Positions 37,629 through 51,621 of a stretch of DNA of 64,000 bases are shown piece by piece. This stretch comes from Tubulanus polymorphus (lineage: Eukaryota; Animalia; Nemertea). The stretch is taken from positions 19,381,101 to 19,445,100 of the forward strand of contig NC_134025.1 in assembly GCF_964204645.1 (NCBI RefSeq), given 5' to 3'. Numbering within the stretch: the first letter of the stretch is position 1; every line of letters begins with the position of its first letter. A model generated the notes under the pieces. The model was given only the letters and a program-made list of their open reading frames with translations, did not search any database and was not told the DNA's origin. The translations under genes and the position numbers were made by a program.

Positions 37629-39316
37629 CAGATGTTCGTCAGACATTTGTAATTTTCTCAAAACATGTTTGTCCAGGCGTTGTCAACCCCTGTGGCAGTA
37701 CCCCAGGCATTTATCATTGAAAATGAATTAGGGTGTCACGTCTGAACCATCAATTTTAGACAGACATTCTCCATTTGTGAAAAATGTGTTCGTCCAGACT
37801 TCTCCATTCAAAAGGTATTCATTTGAGGGGGTGGGTACAGACAGCAGAATGACAGCTGCAGACTAGATTGTAAAGCGGGAACAAGGACATAAATTTCTAT
37901 TTCACTCATATAATGCATGTATGACTGCAGCAGCCATTTTGGATAACTTACATAAGTCACTGATCCTCCTTCCATCAAAAATCCACATAATAAGCTAATG
38001 TATTAAGAAAGTGGTCTAAAACTGTTGACTGTTGAGTGGAAACAAGGTCTTCCCACCCATCCAGACAGGGACATGCTATAACAATTAAGTTAAAACATGT
38101 ATAAATTCTAACCAAAAATCCTTTTTCCATCAAAGAGCAAAGACTGAGTTGGTAGCCAACTGATTTACAATTGACCACTCCAAATACCTGCCTGATATGA
38201 TTTAGATCTCTTCCCTGAGCTCAAATTTTACCGTAACATAGCTGGCATTACATCAATTTATCAATTAAAGCACTTCCAAATTTCCCATAAAAACTTTAAA
38301 ATTGTACAAAAGTGCTGAATTTGATGACCAACAATGGCCGTCTTAATGTTAAGTCTATATACTATTGATCAGGCCAATTTTTGAGCTGCGTACATTTCTA
38401 GAGTAGATACATATAGTCAAGCCTGCTTAGATTGCATGTATTGTGGATTTGTTCAAATAAGTACAGTCACGCCCAAAATCAAATCTGATGGGAGCAAGGA
38501 TTTTTGCACAAGATAAGTGAAACCTGACTTGAATGATATTGAAAATCTGTCCAAATCACTGACAGAGTTCACACAGAGTTCATCTAAAGCAATCTATAGC
38601 AACTGGAAATATCAGTCAAATCAAACAATCAGACTTGAGATTATCTGATACAACAAATGGATATTTAAAATTTGTACGATACAAAGGGCAACAAATTATC
38701 CAAAACTCAATCTCAATCTACAAACTCAATTATTTGACTTAAATCTAGATATCTAAGAGGCTTTTATGAATGTAATAGGGGGTCACTCAATTACCATATG
38801 ACTACGCCTAAATCTTGATCGTATAGACAGAATATCTAGATAATACATCAAAACATGGTGAAAACTTCCAAGAAAAAAATCCAGGCCCATGCTGAGGGGG
38901 TCTGGGGTAGCGAACGATCCCCCTAAATGTTTCAAAGTGCATTTCAAAAAGTCAGTCAAAACATTTGGGTCAAGGTTTTTTCGAAATTTGGATATAATTT
39001 TTGTGTTTTTTTTCTTTAATGAAAAGTTATGTAATCCATTCTCAGATGATTTATTCAGGTACCCACCACTTCATATTCAAGATCTGTCCTTTTCTGTATA
39101 GAAAAGTACCCCTTTTTCACGGTGAGAAAGAGCCCCTTTTCTTGATATAGAACTGACCCTAAAAAAAAAACTCGGCACAGACCTGAAACCTCATTCTGTC
39201 TAGATATCGATGACCAGAAGGGGGAGAAGTGAAGGCAATAGCCCTTATACCCCAAGTGAGCTTTAAAGCTCGACTAAAGAATTCAGTAAACTTAAAAATC
39301 AAACTGTGCAATAATT

Positions 39317-39425
39317 TCAGCGTTGAAATGGAGGCGTAACATTCACAACTTCTTGTGGATGAAAGTGATTTAAACGATTAATTTTCCAATCTCCGTCAAC
39401 TCCTTTCGTGAATTCTCGAATAAAT
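39317..39425 (-). CDS. MAIP1: MAIP1 exon 5 (last)
   Basis: FIREFTKGVDGDWKINRLNHF...*, resembling the FxREFT.GV..DW.I motif; phase fits exon 4. Confidence 0.88.
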
Positions 39426-40179
39426 CTGAAAAAATATCAAATATTGGATTGAATATGAATTCTTACAACCCCTGAGCATTTGGTCAACCTGTATTGGAAG
39501 ATTTTATATACCCAGTACATCTTATACTGATACTTAAAACTGATTAATGGGGAGTGCATACAATCCATCCACGAGATCGCATCAAGTCATGAACTAGATA
39601 CAGGACAGTTAAAGAGAATTTTACTCCCAAATCTTATACCATATCCAACCTATCTAGATATAGGAGATCGTCACTGGCTCAAAATAGGAGTGGCACCCTG
39701 GGTCTACAGATCGAAATTGGGAGATACCATAATACAAGGCTCGAGAAAAGAATATGTCCTTTTTGGAGTGAAAACGAAGTAGAAAGTGAATTTCATTTTG
39801 AACAGATCGAAAATAAGTCCTCCGTTATCATATATTTGGCCGCTGATTCAGAATCACCAAACTGCGATGTTTATCCTCATTGTTCTCCTGTAGGAATCCT
39901 GTAGTAAGTTTCTTGTCGCCACCGTAATCAATTAAATTTTCTTATTTTAGTTTAAATTACATAAATGGTTTGATATAATAATCAATCCCTTCATCTGTAA
40001 AATCAAATAAAACCTTTTGATGAAAACACACCTAAGTTGCATTGACCTTGGATTGAGTTGTTGTCAAATAAAATTAAATCATATAATCTATTGCATACAT
40101 TTATTGCCAATGAAGTCAGAAGTTACTAATTCAACTTGATAATTAAACTATTTATCTGTACTTATATTTACGATTGCTA

Positions 40180-41927
40180 ATAAAGAATATAGCTGCAAAG
40201 CAGCGATAACGGGTTTCTGTGTGACTAGTTTAAATGTTGCACTGGGAAGGGTACAAAGATTTCATCGAAATCCTTCTCATCAAGTTAATAACATAGGCCT
40301 ATGGCTATTTCGAAGGAGCGCAACCTACTGGTCAACACATAATCTGGATATGTGGAGCCATAAGGGCTACCACATAAAAGAGTACTGATGTACCAAGTTT
40401 AGTCAAAATGGTGCTTTCATAGTCCCCTGGTGGCAGTTGCATGAACTAATCATAATCGTTGACATATTGCCCATATGTACGTTTTTATGTACTACACCAG
40501 CTTTGAAACCAAACTAAACCGCGTATACTCAATCAATATTAATAGATTCCTACAGGCATTAATTTTGGTATTCATTAACCATTTTGATATCACATCGCTG
40601 TGAACTTGATGTGTTCTATCAAGAACTAAATCTCATTCCGGTGAGTTGATGCACTGTACAAAGTAACGGACCACTATGTTAATTCAATTAACAAATATAA
40701 TGTTTCATTGATATATTTGAATACATGTATAAGTTGTAGATCGCCGATAATAATTAACACAATTATCAATAAATCATAAATTGCATTGAGCCTAGTCCCG
40801 AACGGCTGTTGATACTGGATTTTAAAGAGTACCAAATCTATAATAAGATTTAAAAAAACAATGATGGACCATGTTTTGAGTGTTTCTACAAGTGAAGCCT
40901 TGTAAACAGAGCAGACACTTTGTTATTAGAATCAAAGACAATTTGTGTTCTCTTGACTAGTATTTGCAGAACCTGGTTTACATTGTACGATCAAGCTCAA
41001 ATCCACATTTTTATTACAAACAAATAGTCAGTAAATTTCAAGATTTGTAGACCAATCGACGATAACAATAAGGCTCTGGCCGAAGTTGATACTGGCGTTT
41101 ATGGATTACGAAACCCCCGGACGAAACCATTAACGAAGATCAGCAGCTGAAAGCCAGACATATTAACAAATTTGAATGACTCCCCGTTAAGAGTGCAAAA
41201 CACTATGATATAGCACGGGGGTTGGGCACTCACTACGCTAAAGCCGATCCCCGACCCCCTTGGCCTCACGAATCGTTGGATTCATTACTAGCCGACCAGA
41301 ATCCGGTCGTTCCAATCACAGCACAAGTAACAAACAGCATTAGGCTTCAGTTGGAATTCCCGTTAAATGGACCAATCAGCGAATGTTTTACCGAACAAGA
41401 AAGTAATTCGCAAATCGAAATATGATGTCATGCGTAAAAGCGCGAGTAATGAAATCATGCGTCATGAGGGAGCTGGTGGAAGCGAGTTCGGGGAGCGAAA
41501 GCGGGCCCCTGGCAAGTGAGGATGGGGGTTGGATGAATAGAACGCATCAACGATATCTAACATGTTGAAAATCACCCACTTACAATAGACCTCCTGGCTG
41601 TAAGAAAATCCCTATTCAATATAAAATATAAACTCACTCAATAGATATCAAAAACATGCCACATGCATTCTTGTTCGCTCTCCTGACACGGTAAGATTCT
41701 GTTTACGTGAGATTAATTCTTAATATATTACTTTATGCAAATTTGAAACGGTGCTTTGAGAGGTTATATATCTGTCCGAAATAAACATAACATTTACAGG
41801 CTGTGAGTAGTCGAATCTGGGAGACGTTTCATATTATGAAAAAATGTTTTGGCGGGAAAGGGGACAAGTAATAATAATAATCAACAGAATTACAAGAGGG
41901 TTTCTGCGAAGCAGCAGAAACCCTAAA
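40180..41927. mobile_element. Second Helentron/HINE-like family element in MAIP1 intron 4
   Basis: One end has the small stem-loop gctgcaaagcagc plus gggtttctg; the other has (aat)n and the hairpin agggtttctgc-gaagca-gcagaaaccct with the same sub-terminal repeat. Confidence 0.6.
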
Positions 41928-43244
41928 TATACAAGTATGTATTTTGAATCTGCTGTAGCGAAAGTTAAGCCGGTAATTCCACACAGATTCAAGATGGCGT
42001 CACCCAGCGTCCCATCTAAGCACTTGTCTGATTGCTCGGGACAAGTATATTTTCAATAGGGCAACTAGGTTATCATTATCACTTGTCCATCGGGCTAGTG
42101 CAATTCTATGTCTCAAAGGGATCATTTATTTATTACGTACGCATTAGGGGAGGTGTCAGAGTGCAATTGTGTACTGTAATGCTTAATGTATATGAACTAG
42201 AGGCCCACAGGCCTTGTGAAGTCTAAGTGTCAGGTAAAGTACTTTGCATAGCCAATTCATTTTAAAATGACTCTGAGCACGGATTCTCTTTTTAGTTTTA
42301 GACATCTCCGATGGTACACTAAACGCGGCCCCACTAGTGCTAGTGACTCATTCATTGATCCGAGCAACACAAAATTTCCCACGCCCCAGCCCACGAAAAT
42401 GAGGGCATTAATCAAAAATCCGTCACGATAACTCCCTGCTCGCCCACCCACTGGTTATTCATGAAAAATTTCAGCGTTCAATTGCAGCAGTTATCGCGGA
42501 GATGTTCAAAAGGTTACTCAAACAAGGTGCCCATGGGCACAGTTAGATTCAGCGCAGAAGTTAGTGAATTGAAGGAGTTAATCATATCCACCATACTAGA
42601 CCAAACATTGGTTTAGAAAGGTGCTCTATCAGCTTATACTTGACATAAAAGGAAATGCATGTCATAAAAGTATAAGGTAATTAGATTTTAAATGACAAAC
42701 AGTTGTTTATACGAGGAAGAGAAGGTAAATACATAACACATTTAAAGTAGGCCTAATATATTTTGAAATGAAATACATGCATTATAATCATTATAGATTA
42801 TAAGCCTCCTAATGAAATCAAAAGCATCTCAGATCTCATATTTATATTTTTTGTTGCTGAATCTGAAGTCAAATCTAGCTGTATTGGGAGATGAGAAAGT
42901 ATTCTACACAAACTCTGCACGGATTTTCAGGATTCAAAGCCAAGACCTAAGGCAAAAAAACTGATACCTTGTCTCTCCATTCATTGCTGATTTTACAAGT
43001 TGACACAGTCGGCCACCTATCTAACCTGTACATTACTTTTTTAAACCATGATCAATGATATTTTACTATATCAGACCCGTCAGTTTTAGAAAGGAACTGA
43101 TAAATATTATAACATTTTACAACAAAACCGATTCTTTCTGTGTGGTCGGGTTAGTAACAAGTTCGACATTTTAATGAATTGTTTATCTATTCTCACACTC
43201 GAGTACACCAGTTCGACATAAACAATTTGTACATGTAAAGGTAG

Positions 43245-43584
43245 GGGCACACGAGCGTATTTTTTTGCCCGATCGCGGCGAATTTATAAATCGCCCGAAA
43301 AATTCGCTCGTGTGGCCACTCACGGCGACAACGATTTCGTCGGCCGATACGATCGCCCGGCGAATCGCCCGTATCGAACATGTTTGATATTTTCGGCCGA
43401 TTATTTACGCCAGCGATCGGATCGCCCGCAAATTCGCTCGTCTGCCCGCACTCAGCGAATTTCGCCGAACGATCCATTTTTATCAACCAATAGGATGCAT
43501 TGTTGATATCATGTGATATGTTAACTCTCTCCCTCTAAGTGCCAGTCGCTGACCGAATTTCGGTTTGATCGCTATGTGTGCCCA
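43245..43584. mobile_element. PIF/Harbinger-like MITE, CpG-rich
   Basis: gggcacacgagcg / cgctatgtgtgccc ends with repeated cgat/atcg motifs. Confidence 0.55.
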
Positions 43585-44161
43585 CTCGTATCGGGCGTAT
43601 AATTTCATCGGCGAATTCACAGAGGCGACAATCAACATTCCCTCGTAGTATCATTCTATTGGCACCTAAATCCAGGCCGTATGAGAAAGCGTGCGGATCG
43701 CGGCTACCCTACTACGTAACCATTTCATCATGAACCTTAGCGTTAAGCAGTAGCCCAAAAAGACGCCGTGGTCATCAAGATGGATCCCACGCATAGGCAG
43801 GATCGTAGCGAGTCAGCCACAGCTAACGCAGGGTTCGAACACAACTATATACTACACAATATTGGTCGACCTGCATGGTGTTTTTAATGCAAATTAAAAT
43901 TGTTTAAAATTCATCCGCATATTGATACAAACGTTTTTTTGGTCAAGATAATCCCGAGCATATACATAATTGATTTTAGTTCAAACATTTTCAAACAAAT
44001 CTTTCTTTGTTAAGAGAATATACTTTATCTAAAGATTAACCACTTCGTTGATTTTGGTGAGCTCCACGTGTTACTAAAACAAGGGCGCTATCATCACAGC
44101 TCCACAGTAAATACCGCAAACTACGTCGCACATCGACATGCAATTTTCAGCGCAGTAAATG

Positions 44162-45305
44162 AACTAGGGGTCCAGGGACACCATGCCCACTTGGGAAGAG
44201 GTTTCAAATGCTCAATAATCTAACAATTTCAATATTCAACGCCTCCTGGTGACCATATACAAAAACCAATGACCTTGAAACTCACCACAATCATAGAATA
44301 TGTCAGCAGCTACCATTTTGAATTTTGATTGTTATAACAAAATATGCCTCGTTATCAATTTAATATGGAAATAAGAGTTATTATACTATTCAACGCCCCC
44401 TGGTGACCACATTCAAAACCCAATGACCTTGAAATTCACCGCAATCATAGAATATGTCATGAACTACAACTTTGCAATTGATCATGGTAACAAGATATGC
44501 CTAGGTACCAATATAATAAGGAAATACTAAGTTATTAAACTATTCAGCACCCCCTGGTGACCATATAGAATAACTAATGTCCTTAAAACTCACAACAATC
44601 ATAGACGATGTCATGAGCTACATCTTTGCAATTGATTTTGGTAACAAAATATGCATTGGTACAAATATAATATAGAAATACTAAGGTATTGTATTATTTA
44701 ACGCCCCCTGGTGGCCATATACAACAATCAATGATCTTGAAACTCGCCACAATCATAGAACACATTATAAGCTACACTTTTCTAATTCATTGTGGTAACA
44801 AAATATGCTTAGGTATCAATATAATGTTGAAAAACTTTTTCCCACCTACAAATGAGTAGGCCTACTTATGACACCAAGATGGCCACCTATTGCCTCATAA
44901 TTGGCTGATCAAAAAAATCTGTGTCAGGTATAAAACATCCCTTTCCGAAGGATACCCATCAGCAAATTGCAATGAGAAATGGCAAACCAGTAGGAAGCTA
45001 CAGGACTCGGACCAAAATTGACATTTTTGGGCACTAATAAGGTCATAGGACGGCTATCTTGAGTCCGATCGACAGAATTTTTGTTATGCTGATGGGCCCT
45101 GGGGGGATTCAAATAAAAACGAAAGATCAAGGTAATTGATTAAAGCGTCTTCAAAATTTCCCTCCTCCAAAAGTTCAAAAACGTATAAAATGTGCTGATT
45201 TTGGAGAACAACAATGTCTGCCAGTCGGCCATCTTGACAGGTTTTGACAGGGCCAGTTTTTGGGCTGAAGATGTGTCTAGGGTAAAGTCCCAAGTGGGCT
45301 AAAAA
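44162..45305 (-). mobile_element. HINE/DINE-like Helentron derivative
   Basis: Both ends present (aactaggggtccagggacacc..., ...aagtcccaagtgggctaaaaa); four ~154-bp repeats. Confidence 0.88.
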
Positions 45306-47098
45306 TCATCGTAAATTTTATTTCTTATTTTGTAGTTTTCTCATTGAAGAATTTTACATGTTGTATCAGTAATATATAAAAAGCCAGTTGTAAATTCGAC
45401 AGCAAATGTTGTACAATTCTGCTCGGGTTGTTAACGTTAGTAGAGATGATGTCACACTACATTGCTAAAAATCCCCAAAACATCATAAAATTGCCAATTT
45501 ACCCAATTTAGCCTTCATCAATAGCCTTCAAAAGCAGTTGCCACTTAGCTGAGTTGAAAAATTTGATGCGTACGTAATAAATGAATGATCCCAAAGCTAT
45601 TTTCCCACTCGCTACAACGGTGATTGCACCACCATTTGGATTGTTGGATTGTTTGTGTAGGGCAAGATTTTCCAGGGGGCAGCCAAAATTTCAGATATGC
45701 TTGCCCCAATGGGCAAGTTGTTTTCATTCCGTAGATCGAACCCGGGTCTATGCAGGATGGCCCAACCAAGCGATAGTCCACTTTGTGAAATAAAAACACT
45801 CCTTGTATATCCGGTTATTTACAGAGGATGACTTAATTCTAGTGGTACCAGTCATGACATCAGGTCAGAATCCCAACAAAGAAATATTTTCTGAAATTCC
45901 TTTCATTCCAAAAGCACATGACATAGCTGTGCAGAAAACCTGTCATCGCTGCATCGCAGCTATATTCCACATTCGTATTTCAATCAAAACAGATCATCAC
46001 TTCTTTTAACATGAAAATAGTACACAAAACGAACGTAACCACATGTCGACACTCAATAATAATCAATAAGCACGTGCATGGTAACAATTCTACATGGCTG
46101 TCAATTTTCGGTTTATAGGATCGCTAGCCATGCTGAAGACTATTAACTGAATACGTACTAATCACTGAATACCTCTGTGAGCAATGTTTTGTCTTGGATC
46201 ATTATATCATACTGTCAGTAAACACATGGATGTTTTCAATTGATACTTGTGTTTACTGCCAGGCCAGAGGTCGTTCAAATATTTGAGCTGAGAGGAGAAT
46301 ATTCTAGCTGAGCAACTTCAAGTAGAGTGAATTTAAATGTATGGTTTTACAAAGCAGACAGAAAAAAAATTTCCATATATTCATTGAGTTGATCGGATTT
46401 TCGAGTTATTAATAGGATTCTACTCTAACCAGTAATTTGTGTTCTGGTATGAAAGAACTAAATTTTCTTATTCACAATGAAATCTTAGGTTTATACTTGA
46501 TCCATAATGAGAGTAAAGTAAAAAACTGTGCGTAAGTGGGATCTTTTGGGACTATAGAAAAAGTCTTACTTGAGAATTTATTTCGGTAAACGGAAAAATT
46601 AAATCAAGATTTGAAAACACTGAAATATTTCGGGTTTATTTTACTATTCTAATACACTAACCAAAACTAAAATTAATACTGATGGCATATATCGTTGATT
46701 CCAAGCTGTAAGGGAGTAATATCAACAATGATTTATTTTTCACTTAACTTACATCAGAAAGGAAGAAAATAGCCATCCCACCACGCGAGATAGGCGAGTT
46801 TCCGACTTTTTAAAACCCAACTATAAATTTAGATTTCTTTGAAAAAGAGAAGGAAAAATCAGGACCATCAACATTCATCCGAAATAAGCGATTATCTGTC
46901 TTCAAATTCATTTCAAATGTTTGAAATTCATTTGAATAAACAATTTGAAATAAATCTCAACGCCAGGAATAATACAATAACCATTGTTCCTTGATCTGGA
47001 TTGTGGGTGTTCACGCATTTAGGCAAGGTTTCTGTACATTTACTGAACTCTATGATAAAAAACAAGAGAGAATAATATAGCTCTAATCACTCCCTCAC

Positions 47099-47234
47099 CT
47101 GTAGTTACAAATGTAGAGTTCATTTGCTCTATTTTTCAGTTGTTCTTGAAAACGAACGGGGTCTCCTTTTTCTTTTAAATCACTGAAACCTGGCATTCCT
47201 TGAAAAACAGTTGTAATCTCGACAAATCGCTGTC
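47099..47234 (-). CDS. MAIP1: MAIP1 exon 4
   Basis: GQRFVEITTVFQG...LYICNYR; canonical splice sites. Confidence 0.88.
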
Positions 47235-47323
47235 CTAAAAATTTACATAATGCGTCATGGATAACAAAATGACCATTCAGGATTCATCAAAGTGTTACTA
47301 CTTATATGGGTACCTTGACCTAC

Positions 47324-47453
47324 CTGTTTCATCGTCGAATATCATTCCAATTTCGTGAATATATCTGAGAAACATGTCATCTTTATTTACAGCTACTTGT
47401 TGTTTTTGAGCGGCACTCATTAGAGATAAATAATGCTGAGCCTCTTCTAATGC
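47324..47453 (-). CDS. MAIP1: MAIP1 exon 3
   Basis: ALEEAQHYLSLMSAAQKQQVAVNKDDMFLRYIHEIGMIFDDET. Confidence 0.87.
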
Positions 47454-47618
47454 CTGAATAGACAAAGACGATTTTCTGTTAACCCATTAGCACTCAGGAA
47501 TTTCACTATGTAGTGTCAATTAGGCCTACTCCTCCGGGTGATTCAGGCAGCTTGAGGAGTAATAGGCAGGCTGGATACATTCACTTCATATGTAGATCAT
47601 CTATGCAATGCAACATAC

Positions 47619-47690
47619 CTGTTGATCGATCAAATCCTTTAGATCATCAAGTTGACCTTCTGAGAGGCAATTAGATACGAAATTGACAGC
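47619..47690 (-). CDS. MAIP1: MAIP1 exon 2
   Basis: AVNFVSNCLSEGQLDDLKDLIDQQ. Confidence 0.87.
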
Positions 47691-49688
47691 CTGAAAAATA
47701 AGTTTCATCATTTCAATACATGTAGGCTATAAGAAATCATTAACAAAATTCGACTAGGGGTCGAGGGACACTGTGCCCACTTGGGAATTGACCCGAAATG
47801 CTTGACAATATAACAATTTCAATATTCTACACCCCCTGGTAGACATACAAAAACCAATGACCTTGAAACTTGCCACAATCATAGCACATGTCATAAGCTA
47901 GAACTATACATCATTAAGTTCCCCATATTTTGTATAGGAAATTCAGGGATCATAGTATAAGTTAACAGAGTTTAGTACAAGAATTAAGAACTTTGGGTCC
48001 AGGGACACCATGCTCACTTGGTGACAATCTGACTGTTTCAATATCCAACACCTCCTGGAGATAAGTCATTTGCAATGGATTGTGGTTACAAAATATGCAT
48101 AGGTACCAATAGCCTACCACAATCATAGTGCTACACATAACCTTACCACAATCATAGCGCTTCAAATTTGCAATCAATTGTGTTTATGAAATATGGCTAG
48201 GTACCATACATCTATGGCCAGGTACCATGTATTTATAATACACACATACATTATAAGAGTGTAGAACATTTTTGTGAGATGCGCATGATGTTAGTGAAGG
48301 GCCATTGAAATGGTTGATCGAAAGAAAACATCCGCCTCAAGATTTTAAGCACAATTTAGGTAGGAAGGTTTTCATGGTTTTTGGGGAAATTTTTATATTA
48401 TTTTTCAAGGAGTTCTAATGGATGTTTCTATATCCATGAACATATGTATATGTTGCAAACATTAGTACTGCTTCTGTCTCAATGTTATATGGGCAATTGT
48501 CTCATTGACTCAAAAATTGGTTTTAGAGGCCAGAGTTGTATGAATGTTTGACTTTGACCCAGTAAACTCTTGTGCCCGACGAGATGTTTGAAATATGGGA
48601 AATTAACTCATTTCAGTACAATAGTAACTGCAAATTTCATAACAAATATTTATTGCAACAATGGATAAGTGATAGATTGTCAATAAAATTACATGCCCGT
48701 ACCCAGGATTTGCAAATGAGGTTCTCACCTGAATAAAGCCAAAATTTCACAGCAAAATGAGCTTCATTTAAAAGTGATTTCCTTCATTTCACGCATAATG
48801 CATGACATTTCATGAGAGTTTGTTCAAGTGAGTTAGAGGGATAGCTCCGGCAGATCTAGAGCTATCTGTAAATAGCATTGAACAGTGCTTATAAACTTAA
48901 AACTTGTCAAGATGTTTCCTCAAAAAGAAACAGATCAAATGGAATTAAATTTTCTGCAAGAAAATAACTTGAAAAATTTCTTAGTTAGGCCTATATATAA
49001 CCTAGGTCTCTTTACCACTGTCTGCTAAAAGATTACAATTTCGATTTAGATAAAGTGTATTAAGAACTTTTTAATGGTACTGGTATTAACCTTGTGAAAC
49101 CATAATGTATTCTATGACTAAATGTTTTTGCCGACTGCGATGTTGCTGGCTGCTCGGATCGAGACCGTGCCGATCCGCCGCACTGCCGTGAAATTTTAAA
49201 CAAATCATATGACTCTAACGCGACTCTCATCGCAGTTTTGGGGTCATTGATAAAATAATTACGTATTTCAGTCCTGCGGCTGGAGTTGACTGCTGCACGT
49301 GCACGCATAATTTTCCAGGATTCGAACCCATGCAGAGAGGACCGGGCGCAATTTTTATTATGAATTCACTTCTGTTGCTAAGGGAATTTAAGCTTTTTTC
49401 AACTCGTTCGATCAACGCAGTTGATTGTCAAACTATTCAACGACCCAATCTTGTTCTAAATATCACTAAATGAATGACATGTTGGATTTTAGCATGACGT
49501 AATTCTACTTCCGATTTCCCCATGAACTTCAAACCGGACGTCAAGTGACGTCATTTTTTTCTGACTTCGTCAGCTAGTCAGATTCAGTTAAAAGATTCAG
49601 TTAAAAAGACATTTCGTAGTATCCACATATACCAAACCATAACTTATTAATTGGCTGGAACTTAAATCCCAAGAGGGCAAAAACCAAC

Positions 49689-50270
49689 CTGTTCAGCACC
49701 ATCCAGAAATGTTGATGTTGTATAAGAAGCATCCAAATAGCCCTTAATCAAAAAAGTCAAGAACCAATTTCGAATTGTTTTGAATACACTTGGCCAAATG
49801 ATGGGTTTCCAGTTGGACAATCTTAGCGGAGACTTTTTTTCGTCGTCTGAACTGCACAACTTTCGCCTGGTCAAATGATACCGACGTATTGGTATCAATG
49901 ATATCGAAGCATTGTTTTTCAGAGCAGCAGTAGACCGTTGACGTGTTTTTATCATGGATAGAATTGAAGGAAACAATGATATCGATGCAGTCGTAGAAGG
50001 CGGCCTAGACTTTGTGCCACTGCCAACAGCGGAAGAGTTCACTACTACCGCCAACGCCGGTACTACTAATTTTCTTTCATTATTATTGACATTGTCCACA
50101 AAGTAAACACACGAGTGACGGATTTTATCTCTGCACTCTACGATTGGTGAAGCAGAACTGGTGGAGTAATTAGAAATTGATATTGGATGAACAGCGCCAA
50201 GAAAATACGGGTAACCGAAGAAATTTCGATAGTTTCTACATAAAAACAAATTTTTGATGGGCGCCGCCAT
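49689..50270 (-). CDS. MAIP1: m-AAA protease-interacting protein 1 (C2orf47), exon 1 with mitochondrial-type presequence
   Basis: aaaATGGCGGCG start; IRNWFLTFLIKGYLDASYTTSTFLDGAEQ resembles the MAIP1 LI..YFD.EF....F.EGAKQA region; cag|gttggt donor; the spliced CDS is 342 aa. Confidence 0.85.
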
Positions 50271-50621
50271 TTTGAGTAAATTCAAGAAAATTTTGTTACC
50301 ACCTGAATATTATAGAAACTTAACAGTAACTAAAAGTGATGCAAATGATAGATAAACACGATCTCATTGATCAGAGAGAAAATTCCATATCTGACAATAA
50401 AGATTGTTTGATAATACCACAAAATGCGATGTTTAATTTACAAGCCAACATCGGCGTCGATGCTCTCGGCGCCATTGTCCGCGCGCTGAAGAAGTCGAGG
50501 ATCGGCGATGAATTTCTTCTACAAGGGGTAAAATTCGACTTAATTTTGGACCCTGAGAAAAAAATCACGCACGCTAAAAGCTATCCAGAAAAGTAGAAAA
50601 CGCACAACAAACCCTCAGACG
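50271..50621. promoter_or_regulatory. Compact bidirectional promoter (MAIP1 / ZNF318-like)
   Basis: Divergent ATGs ~350 bp apart; CpG-richer than the flanks; YY1-like AAAATGGCGGC overlaps the MAIP1 start. Confidence 0.65.
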
Positions 50622-50825
50622 ATGTCCTCCTACAGCAGGAGTAGAGGTAGAGATGATCGAGAGAGGAGCAGCGATCAAAACGGAATGGAAAACATCGATG
50701 TCGATGAAGGCTTAAGAATAACCATACCCAATGACCGGTCTTCGTCATCATCATCGTCTACTGCTCGATCCCGTAGAGATCGTAGATCCCCATCTGATAA
50801 CCGATATTCATCAAGAGAGGACCGT
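50622..50825 (+). CDS. ZNF318: ZNF318-like protein, exon 1
   Basis: RS-rich with GLRITIPND (cf. LRITVGND in ZNF318); cgt|gtaagt donor in phase 0 matches the next exon. Confidence 0.75.
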
Positions 50826-50989
50826 GTAAGTGAAACTTGAATTTTACGCACACGGACACTCGAATATAGAATAACTTTGAAATTGATAGCGGAAAAATGT
50901 ATTTGAGAGATTTTGCCCATATATATCCACTGTCTATGCCACAGGATTCATGATTCCTCATTGATTCCCTTAAACTCCTAAGCCGAAGA

Positions 50990-51529
50990 TGTTTCGAAGG
51001 TGCTTGAAACTCCTTTATGCAAAATGTCGATTGTCCTTCAATTTTGAGAAATAATGGGCAATTTGATATTTTAGAAGAGAAGTTGTACGTTTAATTTTGT
51101 AGTTTCTTCCTTATTACCGAGATGACGTATTTTACCGAGATGAACCGAGATGAAATTAAACATAACATATTTATTTATTCCTTATCGATTTTAACAATTG
51201 AAATCATATTATATCAGTTATAAATGCCTGCTGGAGTGATATTTTACATATTTTGTCGGATATTTTTGTAGAAAAATAACTTAACTTTACCGAGATGAGA
51301 TCGTCGATCAATCAAATTCAATGAAATTTTATTGCTACCCGAGTTTACATATTTGAAGTCAAAATTTTTTAAAATAAAAAAATAGGCCTATGTAAAATAT
51401 GACTCTAGAAGGTATATGACATGATTTCAAGTGTTAAAATCAATAAGGAATAATAAATAGGCCTATGCTATATTTCATTTCATCTCGGTAAAATACGTCA
51501 TCTCGGTAATAAGGATGACCCTTCGAAAC
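50990..51529. mobile_element. MITE with long sub-terminal inverted repeats
   Basis: tgtttcgaagggt / acccttcgaaaca ends; ccttattaccgagatgacgtattttaccgagatgaa (~51109) inverted at ~51478-51513. Confidence 0.65.
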
Positions 51530-51621
51530 ACAGAAACGTAGAAATTGGTTAATTTCATGGAGATTAAAGCTAAATTGAATTTTACATTATCCAACTTAAT
51601 TGCAGCTAGGGTTATTTTTAG

